A stretch of 34,611 nucleotides of DNA from Parcubacteria group bacterium Athens0714_26 (GTDB taxonomy: Bacteria; Patescibacteriota; Minisyncoccia; UBA6257; 02-FULL-45-10c). The stretch lies in assembly GCA_007376745.1 (NCBI GenBank), contig VMGU01000001.1, forward strand, positions 1-34,611, given 5' to 3'. A program made the position numbers and the translations under genes. A model generated the notes under the pieces. It was given only the letters and a program-made list of their open reading frames with translations, had not been told where the DNA came from and ran no database searches. Shown here piece by piece: positions 8,422 through 16,754 of the stretch. The stretch's first letter is position 1, and the number at the start of each line of letters is the position of its first letter.

Positions 8422-9024
8422 ATGTCTTACCGAATTTTAAAAAGAATTATTGATGTCCTAGGAGCTTCGGCCGCGATTTTAATTTTTCTCCCGTTTGCGC
8501 TGTTTATCGCCGTGGCCATCAAATTGGATTCGCCCGGGCCGATATTTGTCAAATTAGAACGCATCAGCAACGGCAAAAAAATTTCGGTTTATAAATTCCG
8601 CTCAATGATTGACGGTGCCCATCAGATAAAAACCACATTGGCATATTTAAATGAAAGAAAGGATGGCCCATTTTTTAAAATCAAAAACGACCCCCGCCTA
8701 ACAAGAATAGGCAAAATAATAAGAAAATTCCGCCTTGATGAATTTCCCCAATTTATCAATGTGTTAAAAAACGAATTATCGCTTGTCGGGCCTCGCCCCC
8801 ACGAGCCTGAAGAAGTGGCCGCTTTCCCGGAAAATAGCCAACACATTGCGGATGCCAAAGCTGGCGTAACCGGACTTTCCCAGGTAAACGGCGCATCCGG
8901 CCTGCCCTTTTTAAAAGAACTGGAACTGGACGACTACTACATTAAAAACCAATCGTTTGGGCTGGATTTTAAAATATTTTTAAAAACGCTGGTAATTTTA
9001 TTCACCGACCCAACCGGGGTTTAA
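8422..9024 (+). CDS. polyprenyl-phosphate sugar phosphotransferase (bacterial sugar transferase, PglC/WbaP C-terminal type)
   Basis: An N-terminal re-entrant hydrophobic helix plus DEFPQ and GPRPHEPEE...KAGVTGLSQV motifs. Confidence 0.85.
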   Translation: MSYRILKRIIDVLGASAAILIFLPFALFIAVAIKLDSPGPIFVKLERISNGKKISVYKFRSMIDGAHQIKTTLAYLNERKDGPFFKIKNDPRLTRIGKIIRKFRLDEFPQFINVLKNELSLVGPRPHEPEEVAAFPENSQHIADAKAGVTGLSQVNGASGLPFLKELELDDYYIKNQSFGLDFKIFLKTLVILFTDPTGV

Positions 9025-9071
9025 AGAGAATAAATTTAGTTACAAATAATAAATATGATATAATTTATTTT

Positions 9072-10532
9072 ATGAAGAAGAGAAAGAATAAAGTCCGAGC
9101 GCGAGGTTTTTCGCTCACTGAAATTCTGATTTATGTAACCATTCTCGCGGTCGCCGGAACATTTCTAACGGGTATTGTTATAAACTCCCTTAAAGTCCAA
9201 AATCAACAAACTGCTTCACAGGAAGTTGGGCAACAGCTTAATTTTGTTCTGGAAAATATACAAAGATATATCCAAAGTTCCAGCCAGGTGGATATAGCCA
9301 CCAGCACACCTTCAACAACTCTTACCTTAAGAATGCAAGATGGCAACTTAGACCCTACTTTAATATATTTATCCGACAATAAAATTTTTCTGAAACAAGG
9401 GACGGGCGGCGCGGTGGCCATAACCAGCGATAAAATCGTTGCTAATAGTCTGAATTTTACAAAGATAGCCACTTCCGGAGGACATGATACGGTGCAAGTG
9501 GATTTAATGCTTAGCTATACCTCTCAAAGCGGCGGGTCGTCTTTTTCCAAATCATTAAGTTCGGCAATTGCCAGAGTTAACGCCGCGACTTTTGATTCAA
9601 ATTTAATTCCGGGAGCAGACAACTCCTATGATATAGGACTGACTTCTCCGAGGTGGAGGAATGGAAATTTTGCGGGTAATGTTTTGGTGAATGGCAACGT
9701 CGGCATCGGGACGACGGGGCCAAAAAGGAAACTTCAGGTTGCGGTAGATTCCACCTTCCCAACTCTCGGTATATCAAATGGACAGCTATTTCTTTCCAAT
9801 AGTGACGGGCTATGGGGAACATATTTTGGCGGAGACAATGGTACCGGAGTTGGGTGGATACAGCAGATGAGAAATGATTCAGCCACTGCTTATGCCTTGC
9901 TGTTAAATCCAGTCGGCGGCAACGTGGGCATCGGGACGACGAATCCACAATCTTCGTTGCATATTTTCAAGACTGAAGGTGGCGTTGGCACGAAAGATGC
10001 GACGATAACGCTCGGTGGATACACCACGCAGGGCGCGACTATTGCCAGCTACCGTTACGAAGGAGATAGTAATAGTAGAGGATTGATGTTTTCTACGCGC
10101 AATACTGGTGTAGGAATGGTAGATGCAATGACTATCACAGGGCCTGGCAACGTGGGCATCGGGACGACAAATCCAGGGGCTCTGCTTGATCTTGGAGCCG
10201 GTGAAAATGGAGTGTATCTTCAGAAATTCTTACTTCTTAAAACTGGAAATGCGCGTGCTGGGTGGGGTCACGGGTCTTATGAGGATAGATTATTTTTCCC
10301 ATCTGATGGACATATGTCCTTTGGGACTATATCAGTATCAGATGCTACTACTTGGTCGGAAAAGGTGCGGATTCAAAATGACGGCAACGTCGGCATCGGG
10401 ACGACAAATCCAACAAGTAAATTACAGGTTATGGGACTTTTGGAGTACGCAGACAACGCAGCGGCGACAGCCGCGGGACTTACAATAGGAGCTTTCTATA
10501 GAACCGGCGATATATTAAAAGTCGTTCACTAA
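9072..10532 (+). CDS. type IV pilin-like protein with a repeat-bearing C-terminal region (486 aa)
   Basis: Prepilin-type cleavage/methylation signal RG/FSLTEILIYVTILAV. Four GNVGIGTT(N/G)P repeats spaced about 75-79 aa apart. Confidence 0.7.
   Translation: MKKRKNKVRARGFSLTEILIYVTILAVAGTFLTGIVINSLKVQNQQTASQEVGQQLNFVLENIQRYIQSSSQVDIATSTPSTTLTLRMQDGNLDPTLIYLSDNKIFLKQGTGGAVAITSDKIVANSLNFTKIATSGGHDTVQVDLMLSYTSQSGGSSFSKSLSSAIARVNAATFDSNLIPGADNSYDIGLTSPRWRNGNFAGNVLVNGNVGIGTTGPKRKLQVAVDSTFPTLGISNGQLFLSNSDGLWGTYFGGDNGTGVGWIQQMRNDSATAYALLLNPVGGNVGIGTTNPQSSLHIFKTEGGVGTKDATITLGGYTTQGATIASYRYEGDSNSRGLMFSTRNTGVGMVDAMTITGPGNVGIGTTNPGALLDLGAGENGVYLQKFLLLKTGNARAGWGHGSYEDRLFFPSDGHMSFGTISVSDATTWSEKVRIQNDGNVGIGTTNPTSKLQVMGLLEYADNAAATAAGLTIGAFYRTGDILKVVH
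9693..10412 (+). repeat. four dispersed ~27-30 nt coding repeats ggcaacgt(c/g)ggcatcgggacgac(r)aatcca
   Basis: Copies start at 9693, 9918, 10146 and 10383. Each encodes GNVGIGTT(N/G)P. Confidence 0.85.
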
Positions 10533-10645
10533 AAACAGCCTAAAATTTAATGCCAACATCGAATAATATCTATCCCGAAACAAATGTTATTAACCGAGAA
10601 TGTTTAAAATTATCTTTTTATTTAAATTAATTTAAGTTATAATTA

Positions 10646-11098
10646 ATGAAGTCGAAAAAAATAATTAATCAAAATATGTCTAAAGTTACTCGTTCCGTTA
10701 TTTTAGGTTTATCAATAATAGTCATCGCGGTTGTGTTAGCACTTTTAATAGCTAAATTTAATATATTAAGCGTTTTCGTGCCCTCTCCAAAATACGCGGC
10801 CGTATATCTTACCACCGGCGAAGTTTACTACGGAAGAATGTCTATGTTCGGAGGATTTAAACTTTCCAACGTGGTTACTCTGCAAAAAGACAAAGACGGC
10901 AATATCTCCGTGCAAAAACTCAACGACGCCATCTGGAAGCCGAAAAATCCCGTTTCTTTCCAAAAAGACCATATCGTTTTCTGGTCATACTTAGACTCCA
11001 CCAGTCCGCTTATTGACGTAATTGAAAACAAAACGCAGGCAGCCGCCAATCAGCCAACCACAGATACCACAGTAACGCCCGCTCCTTCTAAAAAATAA
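10646..11098 (+). CDS. membrane-anchored hypothetical protein (150 aa)
   Basis: Long ORF with one N-terminal TM and a Thr/Pro-rich tail. Confidence 0.5.
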   Translation: MKSKKIINQNMSKVTRSVILGLSIIVIAVVLALLIAKFNILSVFVPSPKYAAVYLTTGEVYYGRMSMFGGFKLSNVVTLQKDKDGNISVQKLNDAIWKPKNPVSFQKDHIVFWSYLDSTSPLIDVIENKTQAAANQPTTDTTVTPAPSKK

Positions 11099-11112
11099 TT
11101 GTAAGTGAAATT

Positions 11113-11146
11113 AAAAACAACCCCGCTAAGCGGGGTTGTTTTTAAT
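11113..11146. terminator. bidirectional intrinsic terminator
   Basis: aacaaccccgc-taa-gcggggttgtt hairpin flanked by A and T runs, between convergent genes. Confidence 0.7.
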
Positions 11147-11151
11147 TAACT

Positions 11152-11430
11152 CTACGCAGTTATAACCTCTACTATTTTTATATAACGAACCTTACCATCA
11201 AACCTAATTTTTTTAGAAGAACGAAATTTAACCTTGCCGTCTTGCATCGCATAAATAGTATCGTCGGAACCCTGCTTTACGTTTTTGCCAGTCAAATATT
11301 TACTGCCGCGCTGACGCACTATAATCTGGCCAACCGATACCGTTTGGCCGTCCTGCTTTTTAATCCCAAGCCGCTTTGATTCGGAATCTCTTAAGTTTTT
11401 ACTTGTGCCCAATGATTTAGTATGCGCCAT
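11152..11430 (-). CDS. rpmA: 50S ribosomal protein L27
   Basis: MAHTKSLGTSKNLRDSESKRLGIK...IIVRQRGSK closely matches the conserved L27 N-terminus. Confidence 0.9.
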   Translation of the reverse strand: MAHTKSLGTSKNLRDSESKRLGIKKQDGQTVSVGQIIVRQRGSKYLTGKNVKQGSDDTIYAMQDGKVKFRSSKKIRFDGKVRYIKIVEVITA

Positions 11431-11494
11431 AACTTAAAATACTTTCCTTTATTGCTCTTTAATAATTTTAAAATTATATTAGAATATAAAGGTT

Positions 11495-11641
11495 ATGTCA
11501 ACAATAAAAAATTTCCTCAAAAGGCGTGAGATTATTATCTTCCTGCTTCTTTTTCTGATAAGCTCGTTAAGTTTTGGACTGGGATACCTCGCGGCCAAAG
11601 AATACAATCGTCAGCCGATTATTATAGAAAAATCGCCTTAA
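11495..11641 (+). CDS. possible small membrane protein (48 aa), below the ORF-track cutoff
   Basis: ATG at 11495, then MSTIKNFLKRREIIIFLLLFLISSLSFGLGYLAAKEYNRQPIIIEKSP. It has one clear TM and fills an otherwise empty intergenic region. Confidence 0.35.
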   Translation: MSTIKNFLKRREIIIFLLLFLISSLSFGLGYLAAKEYNRQPIIIEKSP

Positions 11642-11657
11642 TTAAAGTAAGCCAAGC

Positions 11658-12893
11658 CTATTGATTTAATTCGCTTTTTATAACCTCAAGGGCTTTATCC
11701 AACTGCGGGTCCTTGTTGGCGGCAACATCCTGCTCGGTTAAACCCACCGCAACGTCGGGAGTAAGACCGTTTTCATCAAGAGGTTTGCCGTCGGGCAGAA
11801 GCCACTGCGCAATAGTGATTTTTATGGTTGAGCCGTCTTTTAAATCCTGGAGCTCCTGCACGGTTCCCTTGCCAAAACTCTGCTCGCCAACCAGCTTGGC
11901 CTGACGATAATAACGAAGCGCGCCAGCCAAAATTTCGGAAGCGGAGGCGGAACCCTTATTGATTAAAACCGTAATGGGCAAATTTTTGAGGGCGGCATTC
12001 CCCCTGGAACGAAAATCTATTTTGTCACCATTTCTGAATTTTTCCGTCACAACCAAATTATTATTATCCACAAACCATCCCGCGATATTGACGGCTACCT
12101 CCAGATAACCGCCCGGGTCATTCCTTAAATCCAAAACAATGCCCTTGGGCTGATTTTTTAACACTTCTAAAACAGCATTGTAGAATAAAACTGGCGCGTT
12201 CTGATTAAATCCAAAAAGCTGGATATAGGCAATGTCGTCCATCATTTTTATTTTTAATGTCGGGATTTCAATTTTATCCCTAATAATGATTACTTCCCGA
12301 GGTTTTTTATCGTTACCGCGCAAAATCGTTAAAACCACCTTAGTGCCAATCTCACCTCTAATTTTTTTAACGGCATTGTCAACGCTAAGACCAACAGTAC
12401 TTTTTTTATCAATTTCAATAATCTTGTCGCCTGCCAACAACCCCGCTTTTGCCGCCGGCGAGCCCTCAAGCGGCGATACAACCATTAGCTGACTATCACG
12501 CACGTCAATTTCCGCGCCGATGCCGCCGAAATTGCCGTTAACATCCTGCTCAAATTTTTTAGAATCATCGGGTCTTAAAAATATAGTATGCGGATCGCTC
12601 AAAGAATTAACCAGCCCGTCAATGGCGCCATACACCATATCCAGGTCCTTCGCCTTGTCGCCTTTTATATGCTCATTTTTAAGCTTATCCCATACCTGCC
12701 AGAAAACGCTGAAATCAGCGTTAACTTTAACATCGGGCTCAATATTACTGACTCCTTTAATGATTAACGTCTGGGGCTTTAAAGTTCCAAGTTTATAGCC
12801 AGCGTAAAAAACTCCTCCGGCGAACAAAACTGACGCAACGATAATTGCGCCGGTTATAGCTATTTTTTTATTTAATTTTAAGAAATTTTTCAC
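11658..12893 (-). CDS. carboxy-terminal processing protease (S41, Ctp/Prc) with PDZ domain
   Basis: PDZ segment GSPAAKAGLLAGDKII, the S41 serine region GSASASEILAGAL, and GKGTVQ. The start is GTG. Confidence 0.85.
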   Translation of the reverse strand: MKNFLKLNKKIAITGAIIVASVLFAGGVFYAGYKLGTLKPQTLIIKGVSNIEPDVKVNADFSVFWQVWDKLKNEHIKGDKAKDLDMVYGAIDGLVNSLSDPHTIFLRPDDSKKFEQDVNGNFGGIGAEIDVRDSQLMVVSPLEGSPAAKAGLLAGDKIIEIDKKSTVGLSVDNAVKKIRGEIGTKVVLTILRGNDKKPREVIIIRDKIEIPTLKIKMMDDIAYIQLFGFNQNAPVLFYNAVLEVLKNQPKGIVLDLRNDPGGYLEVAVNIAGWFVDNNNLVVTEKFRNGDKIDFRSRGNAALKNLPITVLINKGSASASEILAGALRYYRQAKLVGEQSFGKGTVQELQDLKDGSTIKITIAQWLLPDGKPLDENGLTPDVAVGLTEQDVAANKDPQLDKALEVIKSELNQ

Positions 12894-12923
12894 TTCTTTA
12901 ATTCTACTTTAAATTAAAATTTT

Positions 12924-13274
12924 GTGAAGCTCCACGACCTACATCACTTTATTCTGACCAAAACTCGTAGTATCATCTATATAGAAAAACTATCAATACT
13001 TATGGAGGATTTTGAAACAGCAAGCAGAAAATATTTTAAGGTATTAGAAGATAGGGGCAAACAATCCAAAGTTTACAAGCCGCATCAGCTAGCAGGATTA
13101 GAGCTGGCAAAAATCCTGGACGACGACAATCATAAATCTCTTTACATAAAACTGGCGAAATTCTATGATAATACTTCACTTTTAAGTCTGGCAAAACGAA
13201 TAGACGAACGAAAGGATATCGACAACAAGGGAGCTTATTTTATGAAAATGCTTAAAAGTTTAAAAAATGATTGA
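12924..13274 (+). CDS. hypothetical protein (116 aa from GTG; could start at the internal ATG, residue 27)
   Basis: ORF only. It overlaps the def start by 8 nt. Confidence 0.4.
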   Translation: MKLHDLHHFILTKTRSIIYIEKLSILMEDFETASRKYFKVLEDRGKQSKVYKPHQLAGLELAKILDDDNHKSLYIKLAKFYDNTSLLSLAKRIDERKDIDNKGAYFMKMLKSLKND

Positions 13275-13779
13275 TTTAATTTTTACAATCAACGATAAAA
13301 AGGAAGAAAAATTTTTAAGACGCAAAACGTCTAGTTTTAATTTCGCCAAACACAAAAAACAGGATATCAAAGATTTAATTATTAAAATGAGAAATATTAT
13401 GAAAAAGGCCAGCGGCATCGGATTAAGCGCCAACCAAATCGGACTGGATTCAAGATTTTTTATAGCAAAAGTAGAAAATAAATTTTATACGGTATTTAAT
13501 CCGGAAATAGCAAAAGAATCCAAAGAAACGGCAACGGAGGACGAAGGCTGCCTAAGCGTGCCCGATCTTTTCGGGCCGGTAGAACGGGCGGAAAAAATAA
13601 CTCTTACGGGTTCGGACGCCAATAATAAAAAAATAAAAATCAAGGCATGGGGACTTTTGTCGCGGGTTTTCCAGCACGAAATAGACCACCTGAACGGCAA
13701 ACTTTTTATCGACAAGGCCAAAACTTTACGAAAATACGAAAATGGACACGAAAATACGAAAAAGGGCAGTAGTTTATAA
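13267..13779 (+). CDS. def: peptide deformylase
   Basis: Motifs GIGLSANQIG, EGCLSVP and QHEIDHLNG are present. The C-terminal tail (LRKYENGHENTKKGSSL) is encoded by the cassette repeat. Confidence 0.9.
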   Translation: MIDLIFTINDKKEEKFLRRKTSSFNFAKHKKQDIKDLIIKMRNIMKKASGIGLSANQIGLDSRFFIAKVENKFYTVFNPEIAKESKETATEDEGCLSVPDLFGPVERAEKITLTGSDANNKKIKIKAWGLLSRVFQHEIDHLNGKLFIDKAKTLRKYENGHENTKKGSSL

Positions 13780-14190
13780 AGCCGATTTGTTATACCCCGA
13801 ACTATGCTATCGAATCATTGGCATAGTATTTGATATTTTTTATAAAGTTGGATATGGCTTCACAGAAAAACAATACGGAAAAGCTATAGAAATAGCATTA
13901 AAAGAAACGGGGCTTGATTATAAAAAAGAATTGCCAGTAAGAATAAATTATAAAAATACCTTCTTAACCACTAATTACTTAGATTTTTTAATTGACAACA
14001 AAATTATTCTTGAATTAAAACAGGGTAATTTATTTCTCAAAAAAGATATTGACCAGATATATAAATATCTTAAAATTACCAATTTAAAACTTGGCTTACT
14101 AATAAAATTTACACGGTCGGGTGTAAAATTTAAAAGAATAGTCAATATAAATTAATTTCGTATTATTCGTATGTTTTCGTATTTTCGTAA
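13726..14190 (+). mobile_element. GxxExxY-gene cassette with perfect 17-bp terminal inverted repeats (ttacgaaaatacgaaaa) and TACGAA iteron arrays
   Basis: 13726-13742 equals the reverse complement of 14174-14190. There are 4-5 TACGAA/TTCGTA units at each end. The cassette is inserted between def and fmt. Confidence 0.6.
13742..14155 (+). CDS. GxxExxY-family PD-(D/E)XK nuclease-fold protein (137 aa, apparently intact)
   Basis: GYGFTEKQY (GxxExxY), then DFLIDNKIILELK (D...ELK core), then LKLGLLIKF. Confidence 0.8.
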   Translation: MDTKIRKRAVVYKADLLYPELCYRIIGIVFDIFYKVGYGFTEKQYGKAIEIALKETGLDYKKELPVRINYKNTFLTTNYLDFLIDNKIILELKQGNLFLKKDIDQIYKYLKITNLKLGLLIKFTRSGVKFKRIVNIN

Positions 14191-15049
14191 GCTCAAATTC
14201 GTATTTTTTGGTTCACCGGAATTCGCGGCGATTATACTGAATAAATTGGTAAAAGCAGGTTATAAGCCGGAACTTTTAGTTTGCGGTCCGGACGAACCGC
14301 TTGGCCGCAAAAAAATACTCACTCCGCCGGCGACCAAACAACTTGCCACAACAAGCGGCTGGCAAATAAAAATAATTCAGCCGGAAAATCTTAAAATGAC
14401 GGCTGAAGAAATTAAAAATATTAACGCCGATTTATTTATCGTCGCCGCTTATGCCAAAATCATTCCCAAAGAAATAATAGAATTGCCCAGACTCGGAACG
14501 ATTGGCGTCCACCCCTCGCTTTTACCGTATTATCGAGGCGCGTCCCCTATTCAAAACGCGCTGATAAACGGAGAAAAAGAAACCGGCACCTCTATTTTCC
14601 TAATAGATGAAAAAGTAGACCACGGCCCAGTCCTGGCCAAAAATAAACAACTGGTAACGGAAGATTCAAATTACACTACTTTAAGCCAAGAACTCGCCGA
14701 ATTGAGCGCCGACACTTTAATAAAAATTCTACCTGATTTTCTCGCGGGTCAAATCAAACCCGAGCCACAAGACGAAAACAAAGCCACTTACACTAAAAAA
14801 TTTATTACTGAAGACGGGAAGGTGAATCTGGATAGCGACTCGCCGGAGATTATTTTCAGAAAAATCAAAGCGCTAAATCCCAGTCCCGGAGTTTTTACGA
14901 CAATAAAAGCCAATAAAAAAGAAATTCGCTTTAAGCTTTTGGACGCTGTTTTAAATAATGGAAAATTAGAACTGTTACGGGTTCAGCCCGAAAACAAAAA
15001 TCCTATGCCGTATAAAGAATTTTTACGCGGCTATCACTTAGATACTTAA
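14171..15049 (+). CDS. fmt: methionyl-tRNA formyltransferase
   Basis: The HPSLLPYYRGASPIQ motif and a C-terminal Fmt domain are present. Its start codon and first ~7 codons lie inside the right inverted repeat of the cassette. Confidence 0.9.
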   Translation: MFSYFRKLKFVFFGSPEFAAIILNKLVKAGYKPELLVCGPDEPLGRKKILTPPATKQLATTSGWQIKIIQPENLKMTAEEIKNINADLFIVAAYAKIIPKEIIELPRLGTIGVHPSLLPYYRGASPIQNALINGEKETGTSIFLIDEKVDHGPVLAKNKQLVTEDSNYTTLSQELAELSADTLIKILPDFLAGQIKPEPQDENKATYTKKFITEDGKVNLDSDSPEIIFRKIKALNPSPGVFTTIKANKKEIRFKLLDAVLNNGKLELLRVQPENKNPMPYKEFLRGYHLDT

Positions 15050-15055
15050 CGTTAT

Positions 15056-16606
15056 TTATTTTACTTGAGCAGGCTCGGATTCACGGTAACGTCCCTTAGG
15101 CGTCACCCAAAAACCAAGTCTGAATTTACCTCCGAGCATTAACCTGGTTTGAGACTCTAGCGCCGGTATGGAGCCAAAAATAATAAGCGTAATCGGGAGC
15201 AACGCCCACTGAAAAAAATATAAAATATACTGCTTGGCTTTTAACTTTTCTCCGTCCGGCCTCGGTGGAAGAAAAATAATGCTTAGTATAGCCGAACTGG
15301 CTATGCCAACAGCGGAAAAACTCATTATAGCCCTCGTAATCCTCGGCAATTTATAAGAAAGCAAAGTAATGCCAAAACTTGCTCCGCCTATTATAAGAGG
15401 CAACCAGCCAAGAGCAAAAAGAATAATTGAGTTAGTAGCGTAGGAGTGAAATCCTTCTAAAATATTAAAAGTCCAATAAAGTTTCGCGCGAAGCGGAATT
15501 TTTTTATTTTTCCTAAAACCATCTAAAAAATACGCGATGTTCTCCGCGCCGAATCCCCATCTCCTTTGTTGCTTATAAACATTCACGAGCGTTTTCCAAA
15601 GAGTCGGCGCCACATTGGCGTCCATGGATACCGGATAAAAAAGCGGCACCACTCGCCAGTTGCCGTCATAATGCAAATAACACTGCCAAAAAATACGCGA
15701 GTCTTCCGACACAACATTTTTTTGCCAATAGCCGATTTCTACCAGCGCCTTAAAAGGCATAGCGTGGGAAGAAAAAGTCGTTAGCCGCTCTGCCCGCGCC
15801 TGTAACATCATATGCCAAAAAGTGGAGGAAAAAGAAACAACCCTACCAAAAGCCGGAGCCTCATAAATATTGTTGGTAAAAAGAGGAATGGGCTGGAAGC
15901 TGGACCGCTGCGGCTTATCACAAGTTAAAAAATGATAAGTTAAACAACCGAAATATTCCGGATAAACCTGCGTGTCCACGTCAAAAACCGACACTAAAAT
16001 ATTTTCGTAATTTATTTTTAGCGGGTCAATCAAATGTTTCTTAACTTCTTTGGCGGCCCAAGCCTCGTTTGACCCCTTGCCGGGTATTTCGCCCGGCAAA
16101 TCAGATGGGTGGCTTGTCACTAAAAATTTAAAAAATTTACCGGAAAACTCTTGCTTTATTTTATCCGCGATAATTGCGGCGGGCTTGCCAATTTTATCTT
16201 CGGTGGCTAAAACGACTATCATTTTATCTTTCGGGTAGTTGGATTTTATCAAACTTTCAAAAGTTTCTTTTACGATTCCGTATGGCTCGTCAAACATCGG
16301 TAGAATTATCAAATGATAAATTTCCTGATAATTTTTCTTAGTTCCAACAAGCATACCAAACCAATCGGTTTTTAAATTCTGACGAGTCTTATTAAAGGCA
16401 GACCGCAAATGCAAAGAAAGATATATTGTTTTTAAAAGCCAATAGGTGTCAAAAAGTATTATAAAAACAGCTATCCATACCGGTTTCTGCCATGACAAAA
16501 AAACGACTAAAATCAGCGTCGTCCAAGAAAGAAGGCCCGGAAGAATTTCAAAAAGCCTGTACATTTTGTGTTCTAAGAGCTTATCTATAATCTTATTAAA
16601 AAACAA
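15056..16606 (-). CDS. membrane-embedded processive family-2 glycosyltransferase (cellulose/chitin-synthase-like)
   Basis: FDVDTQ, SEDSRIF and QQRRWGFG (the Q(Q/R)xRW motif) flanked by multiple TMs. The start is TTG at 16606; an alternative ATG is at 16564. Confidence 0.75.
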   Translation of the reverse strand: MFFNKIIDKLLEHKMYRLFEILPGLLSWTTLILVVFLSWQKPVWIAVFIILFDTYWLLKTIYLSLHLRSAFNKTRQNLKTDWFGMLVGTKKNYQEIYHLIILPMFDEPYGIVKETFESLIKSNYPKDKMIVVLATEDKIGKPAAIIADKIKQEFSGKFFKFLVTSHPSDLPGEIPGKGSNEAWAAKEVKKHLIDPLKINYENILVSVFDVDTQVYPEYFGCLTYHFLTCDKPQRSSFQPIPLFTNNIYEAPAFGRVVSFSSTFWHMMLQARAERLTTFSSHAMPFKALVEIGYWQKNVVSEDSRIFWQCYLHYDGNWRVVPLFYPVSMDANVAPTLWKTLVNVYKQQRRWGFGAENIAYFLDGFRKNKKIPLRAKLYWTFNILEGFHSYATNSIILFALGWLPLIIGGASFGITLLSYKLPRITRAIMSFSAVGIASSAILSIIFLPPRPDGEKLKAKQYILYFFQWALLPITLIIFGSIPALESQTRLMLGGKFRLGFWVTPKGRYRESEPAQVK

Positions 16607-16629
16607 GCGTTTTTGAAACCGGGAAAAAC

Positions 16630-16657
16630 TTGGATTTTCCCGAAGAAATGTTATAAT
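16630..16657 (+). promoter_or_regulatory. sigma70-like promoter TTGGAT-N16-TATAAT upstream of tRNA-Glu
   Basis: Hexamers read at 16630-16635 and 16652-16657. The tRNA starts 14 nt after the -10. Confidence 0.45.
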
Positions 16658-16670
16658 CCAATAAATTATC

Positions 16671-16745
16671 GGTCCTGTCGTCTAGCCTGGCCTAGGACAT
16701 CGGCTTTTCAAGCCGGTAACACGGGTTCGAATCCCGTCGGGACTA
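16671..16745 (+). tRNA. tRNA-Glu (anticodon UUC)
   Basis: Cloverleaf nearly collinear with the E. coli tRNA-Glu pattern as I recall it: GUC-UAG...AGGAC D arm, anticodon loop ttTTCaa, T arm acggg-ttcgaat-cccgt. Confidence 0.9.
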
Positions 16746-16754
16746 CTATCAATA

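Noticed and set aside
9693-10412. Regularly spaced ~30-nt DNA repeats as a non-coding repeat array.
   Set aside because: They lie in-frame inside one long ORF and encode the same peptide motif, so they are protein repeats.
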